Assembly: GCA_035279585.1 (NCBI GenBank)
Contig: DATEHN010000108.1
Coordinates: forward strand, 11,554-75,553
Length of the DNA: 64,000 nt
Origin: Candidatus Angelobacter sp.
GTDB taxonomy: Bacteria; Acidobacteriota; Terriglobia; Terriglobales; Acidobacteriaceae
Direction of reading: 5' to 3'
Below the pieces are notes generated by a model. It searched no databases and was not told the origin of the DNA. It saw only the letters and a program-made list of their open reading frames with translations. Shown in pieces: positions 1-8,211 of this stretch. Made by a program: the position numbers and the translations under genes. The stretch's first letter is position 1, and each line of letters starts with the position of its first letter.

Positions 1-50
1 CTTGCTCATCCATGCCCCAAACTTTTGACTTCCTTGTTATCCTGTAGCCA

Positions 51-1124
51 ATGCCTAATTGCTTGAAATGCGGCGCGGAACTGCCCGTAAATGAAGAGGG
101 AGTTGCGCCAGTCTTATGTGACCGCTGTGCCGGGGTGGCCTCTGGCCGGGCGCGGCGCACCATTGCCACCGGCACCATGCGCGACTACCCGGTAACAACT
201 GCGCTGACCGCCATCAATGTGGCCGTCTTTGTTGGCATGGTTGCCACCGGTGCGGGGTTCCTTGACTTCAGCGGCCAAGCAGCGCTGGCGTGGGGTGCAA
301 ACGTGGGACCGTACACCCTCAATGGTGAATGGTGGCGTCTGATTACCGCCGGGTTCGTTCACGGTGGGCTCATGCACATCGCCTTCAACATGTGGTGTCT
401 ATGGAGCCTGGGCCAGCTCTCAGAACGGCTGTTTGGAAGGTTCCAGACTTTATTCATCTATTTGCTCACCGGAGTTGGCGGCGCTTTGCTCAGCATCGCT
501 CATAATTCCAGGACTTTTGAAGTCGGCGCTTCGGGGGCCATATTTGGAATTGCGGGCGCTTTGCTGGCCGGCGTGAAGTTTGGCAATCTTGCCATCTCTG
601 CGGGGCAGAAGCGCAGCGTTGTGAGCAGCATGGTGTTCTTCGTCGGCATTAATTTCGCACTGGGCGCGGGCCTCATGGGCAACATTTTCGGCGCAAATAT
701 CGATAATTTCTGCCACCTCGGCGGCTTCATCACCGGATTGCTGATGGGCGTTCCCCTGGGCGGCTTTGCACAACGCCACAAGCTTTACCAGTGGTTTACG
801 ATCCTGGTGATGACCGTTGTGCTCGTCTTTGGTTACAACCAGCTCGAGCAAAAGTACGGTATTCCGGCAGACGTGAGGCAAGCTCTGCATGCACTCGATG
901 GCAAAGACTATGCGCGCGCGATTTATCTGTTAGAACACTACACAAAAAGCAATCCAGACGACGATCGCGTTTGGGGCCTCTTGGGGAGTCTATACGCTGA
1001 GAACAATCAGCGCGATAAAGCCGTAGCGGCATTTCAGCAGGCTTTAAAGGTCAATCCTGACTCTGAGGAAGCCAAACAGGCGCTGCAAGACCTTGGCGCT
1101 CCTGCCGCCCCGCAGGACAAATGA
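51..1124 (+). CDS. Rhomboid-family intramembrane serine protease with N-terminal zinc ribbon and C-terminal TPR-like repeats
   Basis: 357-aa ORF. The N-terminus carries CLKCG...CDRC. Rhomboid core WRLITAGFVHGGLMHIAFNMW, catalytic GASGAIFG and HLGGF motifs lie in a multi-TM region. The C-terminus has TPR-like helices (DKAVAAFQQALKVNP). Confidence 0.85.
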   Translation: MPNCLKCGAELPVNEEGVAPVLCDRCAGVASGRARRTIATGTMRDYPVTTALTAINVAVFVGMVATGAGFLDFSGQAALAWGANVGPYTLNGEWWRLITAGFVHGGLMHIAFNMWCLWSLGQLSERLFGRFQTLFIYLLTGVGGALLSIAHNSRTFEVGASGAIFGIAGALLAGVKFGNLAISAGQKRSVVSSMVFFVGINFALGAGLMGNIFGANIDNFCHLGGFITGLLMGVPLGGFAQRHKLYQWFTILVMTVVLVFGYNQLEQKYGIPADVRQALHALDGKDYARAIYLLEHYTKSNPDDDRVWGLLGSLYAENNQRDKAVAAFQQALKVNPDSEEAKQALQDLGAPAAPQDK

Positions 1125-1134
1125 AGAACGGGAT

Positions 1135-1983
1135 TTATCTTAGTTTTCGCGACTGGAAATATTCCACGACCGAAGGTATGCCTTCCACCCGGCCTTCTAT
1201 GATCGCCTGAAATTCCCTGAGCACTTCCGTGTGCAGGAGCGTGTTGCTGGCCAGCACCTCGCGGCTCGAAATTTCAAATGGCCCTCCGCTGAAGTTTGTT
1301 ACCTTGCCGCCGGCCTCTTCCACCAGCAGCACTCCTGCGGCGGTGTCCCAGGGATTGAGGTTGAACTCCCAATAAGCGTCAAAGCGGCCGCAGGCGGTGT
1401 AACAGAGATCAAGGGCCGCTGATCCGGCGCGGCGCACGCCATGCGAACGTAGCGTGATCTGGTGATAAAAGTTGATGTTCGGATTTTTATGGCGTTTATG
1501 GCTGGGAAATCCAGTGGCCACCAGGCTCTCCTTGAGCAGTGGCGTGGAAGAGACATGAGCGGGCTGCCCGTTCAATTGCGCGCCGCTTCCCTTCTCCGCG
1601 GCAAACATCTCATTGCGGTTCGGATCAAAGACCACTCCGGCAATGCGTTCACCTTTATATTCCAGCGCCATGGAAACGCCGAAAACAGGATAGCCATGAG
1701 CAAAATTCGTTGTGCCGTCCAGCGGGTCAACGTACCAGCGGAAGTCGCTGCCGGTTTCTCTGCGGCTGCCTTCTTCGGCCATCAAGTCATGCTCCGGCCA
1801 CTGCTTGCGGATACGCTCCACAATCATTTTTTCTGCAGCGCGGTCAGCCTTGGTTACCAGGTCAACCTCGCCCTTGTATTCAATGGAGACCTTGCCAAAA
1901 AACGACATCAGCAAAACGCCCGCTTCACGGGCCAGTTCCTGCATGGGTGTAAGGAAGTCTTCTTGGTGGCCCATTGCGGCCAT
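1135..1983 (-). CDS. suhB: Inositol monophosphatase family protein (SuhB-like)
   Basis: 282 aa with IMPase signature WYVDPLDGTTNF and metal-binding EE/DP motifs. Its ATG (1983-1981) overlaps the TGA of the upstream hfq-like ORF by 1 nt (TGATG), suggesting translational coupling. Confidence 0.85.
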   Translation of the reverse strand: MAAMGHQEDFLTPMQELAREAGVLLMSFFGKVSIEYKGEVDLVTKADRAAEKMIVERIRKQWPEHDLMAEEGSRRETGSDFRWYVDPLDGTTNFAHGYPVFGVSMALEYKGERIAGVVFDPNRNEMFAAEKGSGAQLNGQPAHVSSTPLLKESLVATGFPSHKRHKNPNINFYHQITLRSHGVRRAGSAALDLCYTACGRFDAYWEFNLNPWDTAAGVLLVEEAGGKVTNFSGGPFEISSREVLASNTLLHTEVLREFQAIIEGRVEGIPSVVEYFQSRKLR

Positions 1984-2258
1984 CAGCGGGCGCGGCGCCC
2001 GTTATCTTCTGCGATATACATGATTTCGTGCTTGAAGATGAAAAGATTAGGCTCGCCTTCGCGGGTCAGGCGAATCATGCCGATATCGTAGTATTCAATC
2101 CAGCCGTGAAAAACCTCGCCGGAAAGCAGCTTCACGGTTACAGGCGTCTGCTTCTCGCCCAGCGCCTTCAGGTAAGAAGATTCCATGCCTGTATCTTCAG
2201 GTGGAGGCGTTTTGGTCGTCTTTTTGGCAAAAGCTGGAGCAGGCGCACGGAAGGACAT
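1983..2258 (-). CDS. hfq: Hfq-like Sm-fold RNA chaperone
   Basis: The ORF track gives 131 aa, but its first 40 codons run through a palindromic repeat. From ATG 2258 the 91-aa product shows an Sm1-like pattern VTVKLLSGEVFHGWIEYYDIGMIRL and an Sm2-like FKHEI (canonical YKHAI). Confidence 0.5.
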   Translation of the reverse strand: MSFRAPAPAFAKKTTKTPPPEDTGMESSYLKALGEKQTPVTVKLLSGEVFHGWIEYYDIGMIRLTREGEPNLFIFKHEIMYIAEDNGRRAR

Positions 2259-2315
2259 GCGTTGTATTGTAGCGCAAAAATAGCAATCAGCACTCAGCAA
2301 TTTCGCTAAAGTTCT

Positions 2316-2460
2316 ATCCCGAGCGAAGCGAGAGAACCCTACCAGCACGAAGATCTGCAGGTCAGAATCAGAGGGCATGTAGTATTCAGCAGATTCGGCG
2401 CTTGCATGACTCCTCTACCCATGATCTTCAGGATAAAGTTTCCTTCGCTTTGCTCGGGAT
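2316..2460. repeat. Imperfect ~145-bp palindromic (REP/MITE-like) element
   Basis: ATCCCGAGCGAAGCGAGAGAA (2316-2336) has an inverted copy at 2440-2460 (18 of 21 identical by eye). An inner complementary pair is GAAGATC (2349-2355) / GATCTTC (2423-2429). Confidence 0.6.
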
Positions 2461-2464
2461 AACC

Positions 2465-3460
2465 TCACTTCGCCGCCGATGTGTAATATCCCGCGCGATG
2501 GCGGACCTGATAGTCGTGGCCCTGCGGGTCCTTCTTAAGCACATCCACCTCGATGCGGCGGAAGGAAGAGTCTGAGACCCGGCGCTTGGGATAAAACGCC
2601 AGCAGATATTGCGTGCGCAGCTCATCACTAATTTGCTGGAAAGCGCTTTCTATCTGCTCCGGACCTTCCGCGTAATAATATTTGCCGCCAGTATCGTCGG
2701 AAATCTGGATCAGAGCATGTTCTCCCCCGATATTGCGCCCTGCATCCGCCGCCACAGGAACAATGATAATGCTGTACACAATCGCTTCTGCCTGCTGTGC
2801 TCGGCGCAAGGCGCTGTTGTAGTCGGTTTTGCTGGTGGTATCGCCTCCATCCGTAATCAGCACCAGCACCTTGCGGCCTTCCCGGCCTATCAACGCTTCA
2901 GAGCATAGAAAAATCCCGTCATACAATGACGTTCCCGCGCCTGCTGTCAGGTGATCAATGCCGTGCTCAATGTCTTTTTCATTTGAGCTGAAGCGGGTCA
3001 CCTGGTCAACGTCTTCAGAAATCTGGAACACTGATAAATGATCCACCGGGCGCAGGATGGAATGCACAAACTTCTTGGCCGCTGATATTTCCAGCGTAAT
3101 GTCCCGCCGCGTGCTTCCGCTGGTATCAATGGCCAGCGCGATGCTCAGCGGCATGGCCGATTCTTTTTCAAAAATCCTGATGTCCTGCGGGACTCCATCT
3201 TCCAGGAGCCGAAAGTCATCTTTGTTCAGGTTGGCCACCGGCGCGCCGCGCGAATCCGTCACCGTGGTAAAAACGTTCACCAGCCGCACATCCACCCGAA
3301 ACGTAGGTTCTTCTCTTTGCGTCGGAGATCCGGGTTGAGAGCGGGTCCCCGGCGGAATCTGGTCGCCTTTTTGGGGATCCTGTGCAAGCGCAATTATGCC
3401 CAGCAGCGGCAGGCACAAAGCCAAATAGAACCACAGCGAAACAGCGCAAGTCCGTTTCAT
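2465..3460 (-). CDS. Secreted von Willebrand factor A domain protein (acidobacterial VWFA-related type)
   Basis: 331 aa with an N-terminal signal peptide (LALCLPLLGIIALAQD). MIDAS-like motif LAIDTSGST, and VLITDGGDT later in the domain. The layout matches the VWFA-related acidobacterial domain family. Confidence 0.8.
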   Translation of the reverse strand: MKRTCAVSLWFYLALCLPLLGIIALAQDPQKGDQIPPGTRSQPGSPTQREEPTFRVDVRLVNVFTTVTDSRGAPVANLNKDDFRLLEDGVPQDIRIFEKESAMPLSIALAIDTSGSTRRDITLEISAAKKFVHSILRPVDHLSVFQISEDVDQVTRFSSNEKDIEHGIDHLTAGAGTSLYDGIFLCSEALIGREGRKVLVLITDGGDTTSKTDYNSALRRAQQAEAIVYSIIIVPVAADAGRNIGGEHALIQISDDTGGKYYYAEGPEQIESAFQQISDELRTQYLLAFYPKRRVSDSSFRRIEVDVLKKDPQGHDYQVRHRAGYYTSAAK

Positions 3461-3537
3461 AGTTATAGAGTCAACGGGTATTCTGCAATGCTTAGATGCA
3501 AACGGCGGTAAAGAGTTATTTGTTAGTGTGAATTTCT

Positions 3538-4257
3538 TTACTGGTTCCCTGGCTTGGAGGTCAGATCTTCTGGAAACGGTTCACCATCGGCCCAGACAGC
3601 GCCGTCTTCAAAATATTCTTTCTTCCAGATTGGCACGGTCTTCTTGAGCATATCAATCAGCCAGCGGCACGCCTCAAAAGCCGCTGCTCGATGCGCCGAG
3701 GCCACGCCGATTAGCACGCTGGTCTCCCCAATCTGGAGCCGTCCCAGCCGATGTACCAGGCGCACATTTCGCACTTTAAAACGTTCAAGTACCGCTTGAG
3801 CAAGCTTCTCCATCTCGCTAAGTGCCATAGATTCATAAGCTTCATAGTCCAGATACAAAGTGCGTCGTCCGCGAGTGTTATTGCGTACCACGCCATCAAA
3901 GAACACCGCAGCACCATCTTCAGGATGTTCAAGCTCTTCTTTTATTCCTTCAAGATCAATTGGCTCGCGCACAATGGCGCAATGTTCAGAGCGCAGCTCC
4001 TCAACTTTCTGCTTGCCACCGCTGACCGGCGGCAAAAGTCCGACTTCATCCCCTTCTTTAAGGGTCGCGGTGCCTGCCGCGTACTCCTGATTGATGGAGC
4101 ACGCAATGGAGTTGCTGAGACCTTTGAACTTGGGATATCGATCCGCGTAGTGGGACATCACGGCGGCAAGCTGCGCACCGGGCTGTAGCTCCAGTGATTC
4201 TTCTGCCCTGCCAACGATATCTTTGAGCTGCCCAAACAGCAGCACTTTGACCCGCAT
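3538..4257 (-). CDS. Fused molybdopterin synthase MoaD-MoaE
   Basis: From ATG 4257 (MRVKVLLFGQL...) a MoaD-like ubiquitin fold ends in LPPVSGG. A short linker follows, then MoaE-like sequence (VFFDGVVRN..., VLIGVASAHRAAAFEACRWLIDMLKKTVPIWKKE). The upstream 64 codons of the ORF-track ORF look non-coding. Confidence 0.8.
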   Translation of the reverse strand: MRVKVLLFGQLKDIVGRAEESLELQPGAQLAAVMSHYADRYPKFKGLSNSIACSINQEYAAGTATLKEGDEVGLLPPVSGGKQKVEELRSEHCAIVREPIDLEGIKEELEHPEDGAAVFFDGVVRNNTRGRRTLYLDYEAYESMALSEMEKLAQAVLERFKVRNVRLVHRLGRLQIGETSVLIGVASAHRAAAFEACRWLIDMLKKTVPIWKKEYFEDGAVWADGEPFPEDLTSKPGNQ

Positions 4258-4518
4258 GAATATAAGGATAGCGGAACCCGTCTGCGGCTGTTCAATTAAG
4301 TTCGCTAACCGGGACAGCCGGCACTCACCTTCGCAATCCAGGATCGTCCAAATCCGTATCAGCTTATTAAGAGCTGAATGCACAGTATACGGAATGCATC
4401 CGGGGCGGGGTATCCACTCGCTCCGGATTTTTTTACTTTTCGAACCCAATCGTGGATTACCCTCCTGGTCGCGGGACGTCTCAAATACAACATCAACCGG
4501 CTATGCCCGGTTCAATTA

Positions 4519-4637
4519 AGATGGACCTCAACCGCCTGGCTCGATGCCATTGAGCATTCGGGCGAACACTATGGGCAATTGGTTGTCTATTACCGGTATC
4601 GGGCATGGTCCCGCCGGCATCGCGGCCAAAGAAGTAG
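4519..4637 (+). pseudogene. Frameshifted C-terminal relic of a DinB-family gene
   Basis: One frame reads AWLDAIEHSGEHYGQLVVYYR and the +1 frame continues SGMVPPASRPKK-stop. Together they resemble the DinB C-terminus (H..H.GQ...Y.R..G..PP). No N-terminal part is present. Confidence 0.35.
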
Positions 4638-4686
4638 TCTAAAGGCAGATTTTGCCGAAGCGAGCAAGTGGATGAGAAACAGATTA

Positions 4687-5229
4687 TCAGGTGCGAGCTT
4701 TCGTAACCGGCCGTTCCAAATATCCTGTGTCGTAGATAACGGCGCTCTGGAAACCGGGCTCGATTGCTGCCTGCAGATCGTCGTTACTCAACCATTCGTG
4801 CTCATCCGATCTGACTTTGTGGAAGCGCACGATTGGATTGTCGTATTGCGTGTAGTAGACGCGAAAACGATCATCTGGAAAGTCAATCTTCAGCTTTGCT
4901 GCCCACATCCTGGCAATTCTTGGCCCTAGCTCACATGCCCGGATGAAGTCTGGGTGCTTCTCGTCGTACGTCTCTTGAATTTCGTCGAGCGTTTCTGAGC
5001 AAAGTACTCTGCGCTGGACGGTTGCTTTGTTCTGGAATTCATCGAACAGATGAGTATGATTAATGAAGCACTCCATTTCGGTCTTGTCACGTGCTTCGCC
5101 TGCGTCCCCTCCATGCCAATTGAAAGCCGCAAAAATGCAGCCATCAACTTTGATAAAGTCAGGCCAAAAGATCCGTGCCACCTCATTTGCGGTGCGAATT
5201 GAAATCCGCTTCTGTATTCGCTTCGTCAT
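4687..5229 (-). CDS. Hypothetical protein
   Basis: 180-aa ORF with an ATG start filling an otherwise empty gap. I recognise no motif. Confidence 0.45.
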   Translation of the reverse strand: MTKRIQKRISIRTANEVARIFWPDFIKVDGCIFAAFNWHGGDAGEARDKTEMECFINHTHLFDEFQNKATVQRRVLCSETLDEIQETYDEKHPDFIRACELGPRIARMWAAKLKIDFPDDRFRVYYTQYDNPIVRFHKVRSDEHEWLSNDDLQAAIEPGFQSAVIYDTGYLERPVTKART

Positions 5230-5252
5230 TACATTGCTGCCTATGCTTCTTC

Positions 5253-6572
5253 TTATTTCTTCATCGCCGCTTCCACTTCTTCCGCCGTTCTTGGCAGATC
5301 GTGGGTAAGCATGATCAATTTTCCGTCCTGGCCCACGGTAAACATATCTTCTATGCGCACGCCCAGCCTTTCTTCAGGAATGTAAATCCCCGGTTCCAGG
5401 GTAAACACCATGCCTTTATCCAGCGGCACTGAAAGATCGCTTGCATCGTGGACGTTCAGCCCCACGTGGTGCCCCAGGCCATGGATAAAATACTTGCCCA
5501 GCGGTTCGCCGTGCAGGTCTTTGCCATGCGTGTTCAGGTAGTCAAACGCAACTTTGTAGAGTGAATCAGGATCGGTGCGGCTGGTGGCCAGCTTTGACTT
5601 CCCTGCCTGGAAAGCCTGCATGGCCGCTTCCTGCGCTCCCAGAACAATGTTGTAGATTTCGCGCTGGCGCGCAGTGAACTTGCCATTCACCGGAGCCGTA
5701 CGCGTGATGTCAGAGGCATACATTGAAAATTCGCCCGCCACGTCCATTACCACCAGGTCGCCGTCCTGCATTACGCGATCATCGTTCGAATAATGAAGCA
5801 CCGTGGAGTAGAAGCCGGAGCCAACAATCGGAGCATAAGCCGGGCGTTCGCAGCCTCGCTTGCCAAACTCATATTGCATCACCGCAGAGATTTCGCGCTC
5901 ACTCACTCCCGGATGAATTGCTTTCAGCGCGGCCCGATGCGCCGCCTCTGAAGCCTCCACGGCGCTGGTAATCAACTTAAGCTCGCCGGCATCTTTCACC
6001 ATGCGCAGCCGGGCAAGAAGCGGCTTGGCATCGCGAAACGCAATGTAATTGGGAAATGAATTACCCCGGCGCAGCCACTCCAGCGGGCCGGTGGAAGCCG
6101 TAGTCTGTCCGTTGGAGCCAAGATCGGAATAGACAACAGCGCGAGGCTGAGGCAGCAGTTTGAGCAGTTCGTCATGCATCTTGTCCAGGCTCTCAACTTT
6201 GTCAAAGCCAGTTTTCTGCGGTGCCTGCGGATCTTCGGGACCAAGCTTGGGGCCAGTCCACTTTTCCTGGGTCGCGTTGTGCTCGGCCAGAAAAAGAATC
6301 TCGACATAAGGATTGGCGTTGATGAGCACGGCTGCGCCCGGTTCGCCCCAGCCGCTGAGATAGTAAAAATTGTCGTCCTGGCGAAAACCATAGAGATCGT
6401 TTGGCCCTTCCGCTTCTGTGGGGGCAAACAACACCAGCGCTCCGCCTTCCATGGCTTTGGCCAGCGCAACGCGGCGGGCATGGTAGTCGGCATTGCTCTG
6501 GCGCTCTGTGGCGTTCGCACAAACTGACCAGACACAGGCACATAAGCCAAGCAGCAGTAACAATTTTCGCAT
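5253..6572 (-). CDS. Secreted Xaa-Pro aminopeptidase (M24B, aminopeptidase P family)
   Basis: Pita-bread metal ligand motifs VVMDVAGEF..., HGLGHHVGLNVHD, EPGIY and RIED. The likely start is ATG 6572 (MRKLLLLLGLCACVW signal peptide), preceded by GGAGA 5 nt upstream. Confidence 0.85.
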   Translation of the reverse strand: MRKLLLLLGLCACVWSVCANATERQSNADYHARRVALAKAMEGGALVLFAPTEAEGPNDLYGFRQDDNFYYLSGWGEPGAAVLINANPYVEILFLAEHNATQEKWTGPKLGPEDPQAPQKTGFDKVESLDKMHDELLKLLPQPRAVVYSDLGSNGQTTASTGPLEWLRRGNSFPNYIAFRDAKPLLARLRMVKDAGELKLITSAVEASEAAHRAALKAIHPGVSEREISAVMQYEFGKRGCERPAYAPIVGSGFYSTVLHYSNDDRVMQDGDLVVMDVAGEFSMYASDITRTAPVNGKFTARQREIYNIVLGAQEAAMQAFQAGKSKLATSRTDPDSLYKVAFDYLNTHGKDLHGEPLGKYFIHGLGHHVGLNVHDASDLSVPLDKGMVFTLEPGIYIPEERLGVRIEDMFTVGQDGKLIMLTHDLPRTAEEVEAAMKK

Positions 6573-6819
6573 CAGGTTTCTCCCCATAATTTTCGCTGCG
6601 GATTTTATCATGCGGTCTTGCGGGAAGGATTGGCTCTTGCACGGCGCGATGTACGTGGATACGCCGCGCACAATTACCAGGCTTGGCAATATTCGTCAGT
6701 CTGAAACTCGGCGATGGAATAGGGACGAAGTGCCAACAAATCTTAATTTTTCAGTTGATTTTCCTGTTGGTTTCTAAGAAGCTATCCGGTCTTCCTTTCT
6801 GACCTTTTCACTCCACTGT

Positions 6820-8202
6820 TTGAGGTGCACTGTGAAGAAATTACGTGTTGGGTTGCGGTTGTGCGTGTGCTTGTTGCTTCTGGCTGTTGTGGCATCCGCG
6901 CAAACCAAGCTTCCCAAAGTAGAGTTTACCGATACAACGCTGCCCAACGGGCTGCGCGTGATCATTGTGCCAGAGCATACTGCGCCGGTGTTCGCTATTT
7001 CGCTCACCTACAACACCGGATCGCGCAATGAAAAGCCGGGCCGCACCGGGTTTGCCCACCTCTTTGAGCACATGATGTTTGAAGGCTCTGCCAACGTGGG
7101 CAAGGGCGAGCACATGCTGCTGGTACAGAACTTTGGCGGCAGGCTGAACGGAAGCACCAACAATGACCAGACCAATTATTTTGAAGAGCTGCCCAGGAAC
7201 CAGTTGGATCTGGCATTGTTTCTGGAATCAGACCGCATGAAGGCGCTCAACATCACGCAGGCGAACCTGAATAACCAGCGCAATGCCGTGCAGGAAGAGC
7301 GCCGGTTGCGGGTGGACAACCAGCCGTATGGAAAATCGACGGAAGAGCTGGACGCCATGGCTTATGACAGCTTCCCCTATCACCACTCCGTGGTCGGCTC
7401 CATGGAAGACCTGAATGCGGCGAGCATTGATGATGTAAAGAACTTCTTCCGCATCTATTACGCGCCCAACAACGTGGTGATGGTGCTGGCGGGGGACCTT
7501 GATCCCAAGGAAACGCTGGTCAAAGTAAAGAAGTATTTTGGCGATATTCCTCGCCAGCCTGCCCCGCCTCCGGTGGATATGACGGAGCCGGCACATGATA
7601 AGGAGCGCCGCAAGACCATGGAAGATTCGCTGGCGCGCCTGCCGCAATATCATGCGGTCTATAACATCCCGCAGGGAAACACTCCAGACACGTATGCGCT
7701 GCAGGTGTTGGGCGCCGTTCTCTCCGGCGGACGTGGCGAACGCAGCTCCCGGTTCTATCAGCACCTGGTGCATGATAAACAACTGGCGCTCAACGCTATT
7801 GCCGGCGCGCAAGTCCGTCGCGGCCCTGGCTTGTTCAACGTGGTGGCCATCCCCCGGCCCGGAGTGAAAATGGAAGAGCTGGAAAAAGCCATTGACGATG
7901 AGATTGAAGCGGTAAAAAAAGACGGCATTACGCAGCAGGAGCTGGAAAAAGTTCGCACCCAATTCCTGCGCCAGGCGATTCAAACGCGGGGATCGGTCCT
8001 GTTTATGGCCAATCAAATTGGAACGTTCACCGTCTTCTATAACGACCCTAACCTGATCAACACGGCATACGATAAGCTGGCGGCGGTCACAGCCGACCAG
8101 GTCAAGCAGGCGGCGCAGAAGTATCTGGTGCCGGAGCATCGTTCTGTAATGATCACAATGCCGGGCGCGCGCGGCTCTGCCACCGCCGCGGGAATGCGGT
8201 AA
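6820..8202 (+). CDS. M16 (pitrilysin/insulinase) family zinc peptidase, catalytic subunit
   Basis: 460 aa with a signal peptide and the inverted zinc motif HLFEHMMFEG (HxxEH). The ORF begins at TTG 6820; GTG 6832 is an alternative start. Confidence 0.85.
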   Translation: MRCTVKKLRVGLRLCVCLLLLAVVASAQTKLPKVEFTDTTLPNGLRVIIVPEHTAPVFAISLTYNTGSRNEKPGRTGFAHLFEHMMFEGSANVGKGEHMLLVQNFGGRLNGSTNNDQTNYFEELPRNQLDLALFLESDRMKALNITQANLNNQRNAVQEERRLRVDNQPYGKSTEELDAMAYDSFPYHHSVVGSMEDLNAASIDDVKNFFRIYYAPNNVVMVLAGDLDPKETLVKVKKYFGDIPRQPAPPPVDMTEPAHDKERRKTMEDSLARLPQYHAVYNIPQGNTPDTYALQVLGAVLSGGRGERSSRFYQHLVHDKQLALNAIAGAQVRRGPGLFNVVAIPRPGVKMEELEKAIDDEIEAVKKDGITQQELEKVRTQFLRQAIQTRGSVLFMANQIGTFTVFYNDPNLINTAYDKLAAVTADQVKQAAQKYLVPEHRSVMITMPGARGSATAAGMR

Positions 8203-8211
8203 GGAGGAAGC

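Noticed and set aside
3631-3646. TGGCAC hexamer as a sigma54 promoter
   Set aside because: It lies inside the MoaD-MoaE coding sequence on the opposite strand, and no GC element occurs at the -12 spacing.
4378-4929. 183-aa ORF as an intact gene
   Set aside because: Only a ~30-residue stretch resembles anything (a DinB C-terminus), and that similarity continues in another frame. The rest overlaps the better-supported minus-strand ORF at 4687-5229.
7228-8139. 303-aa minus-strand ORF
   Set aside because: It is a shadow ORF antisense to the M16 peptidase gene. Its composition is Arg/His/Leu-rich and it has no motifs.
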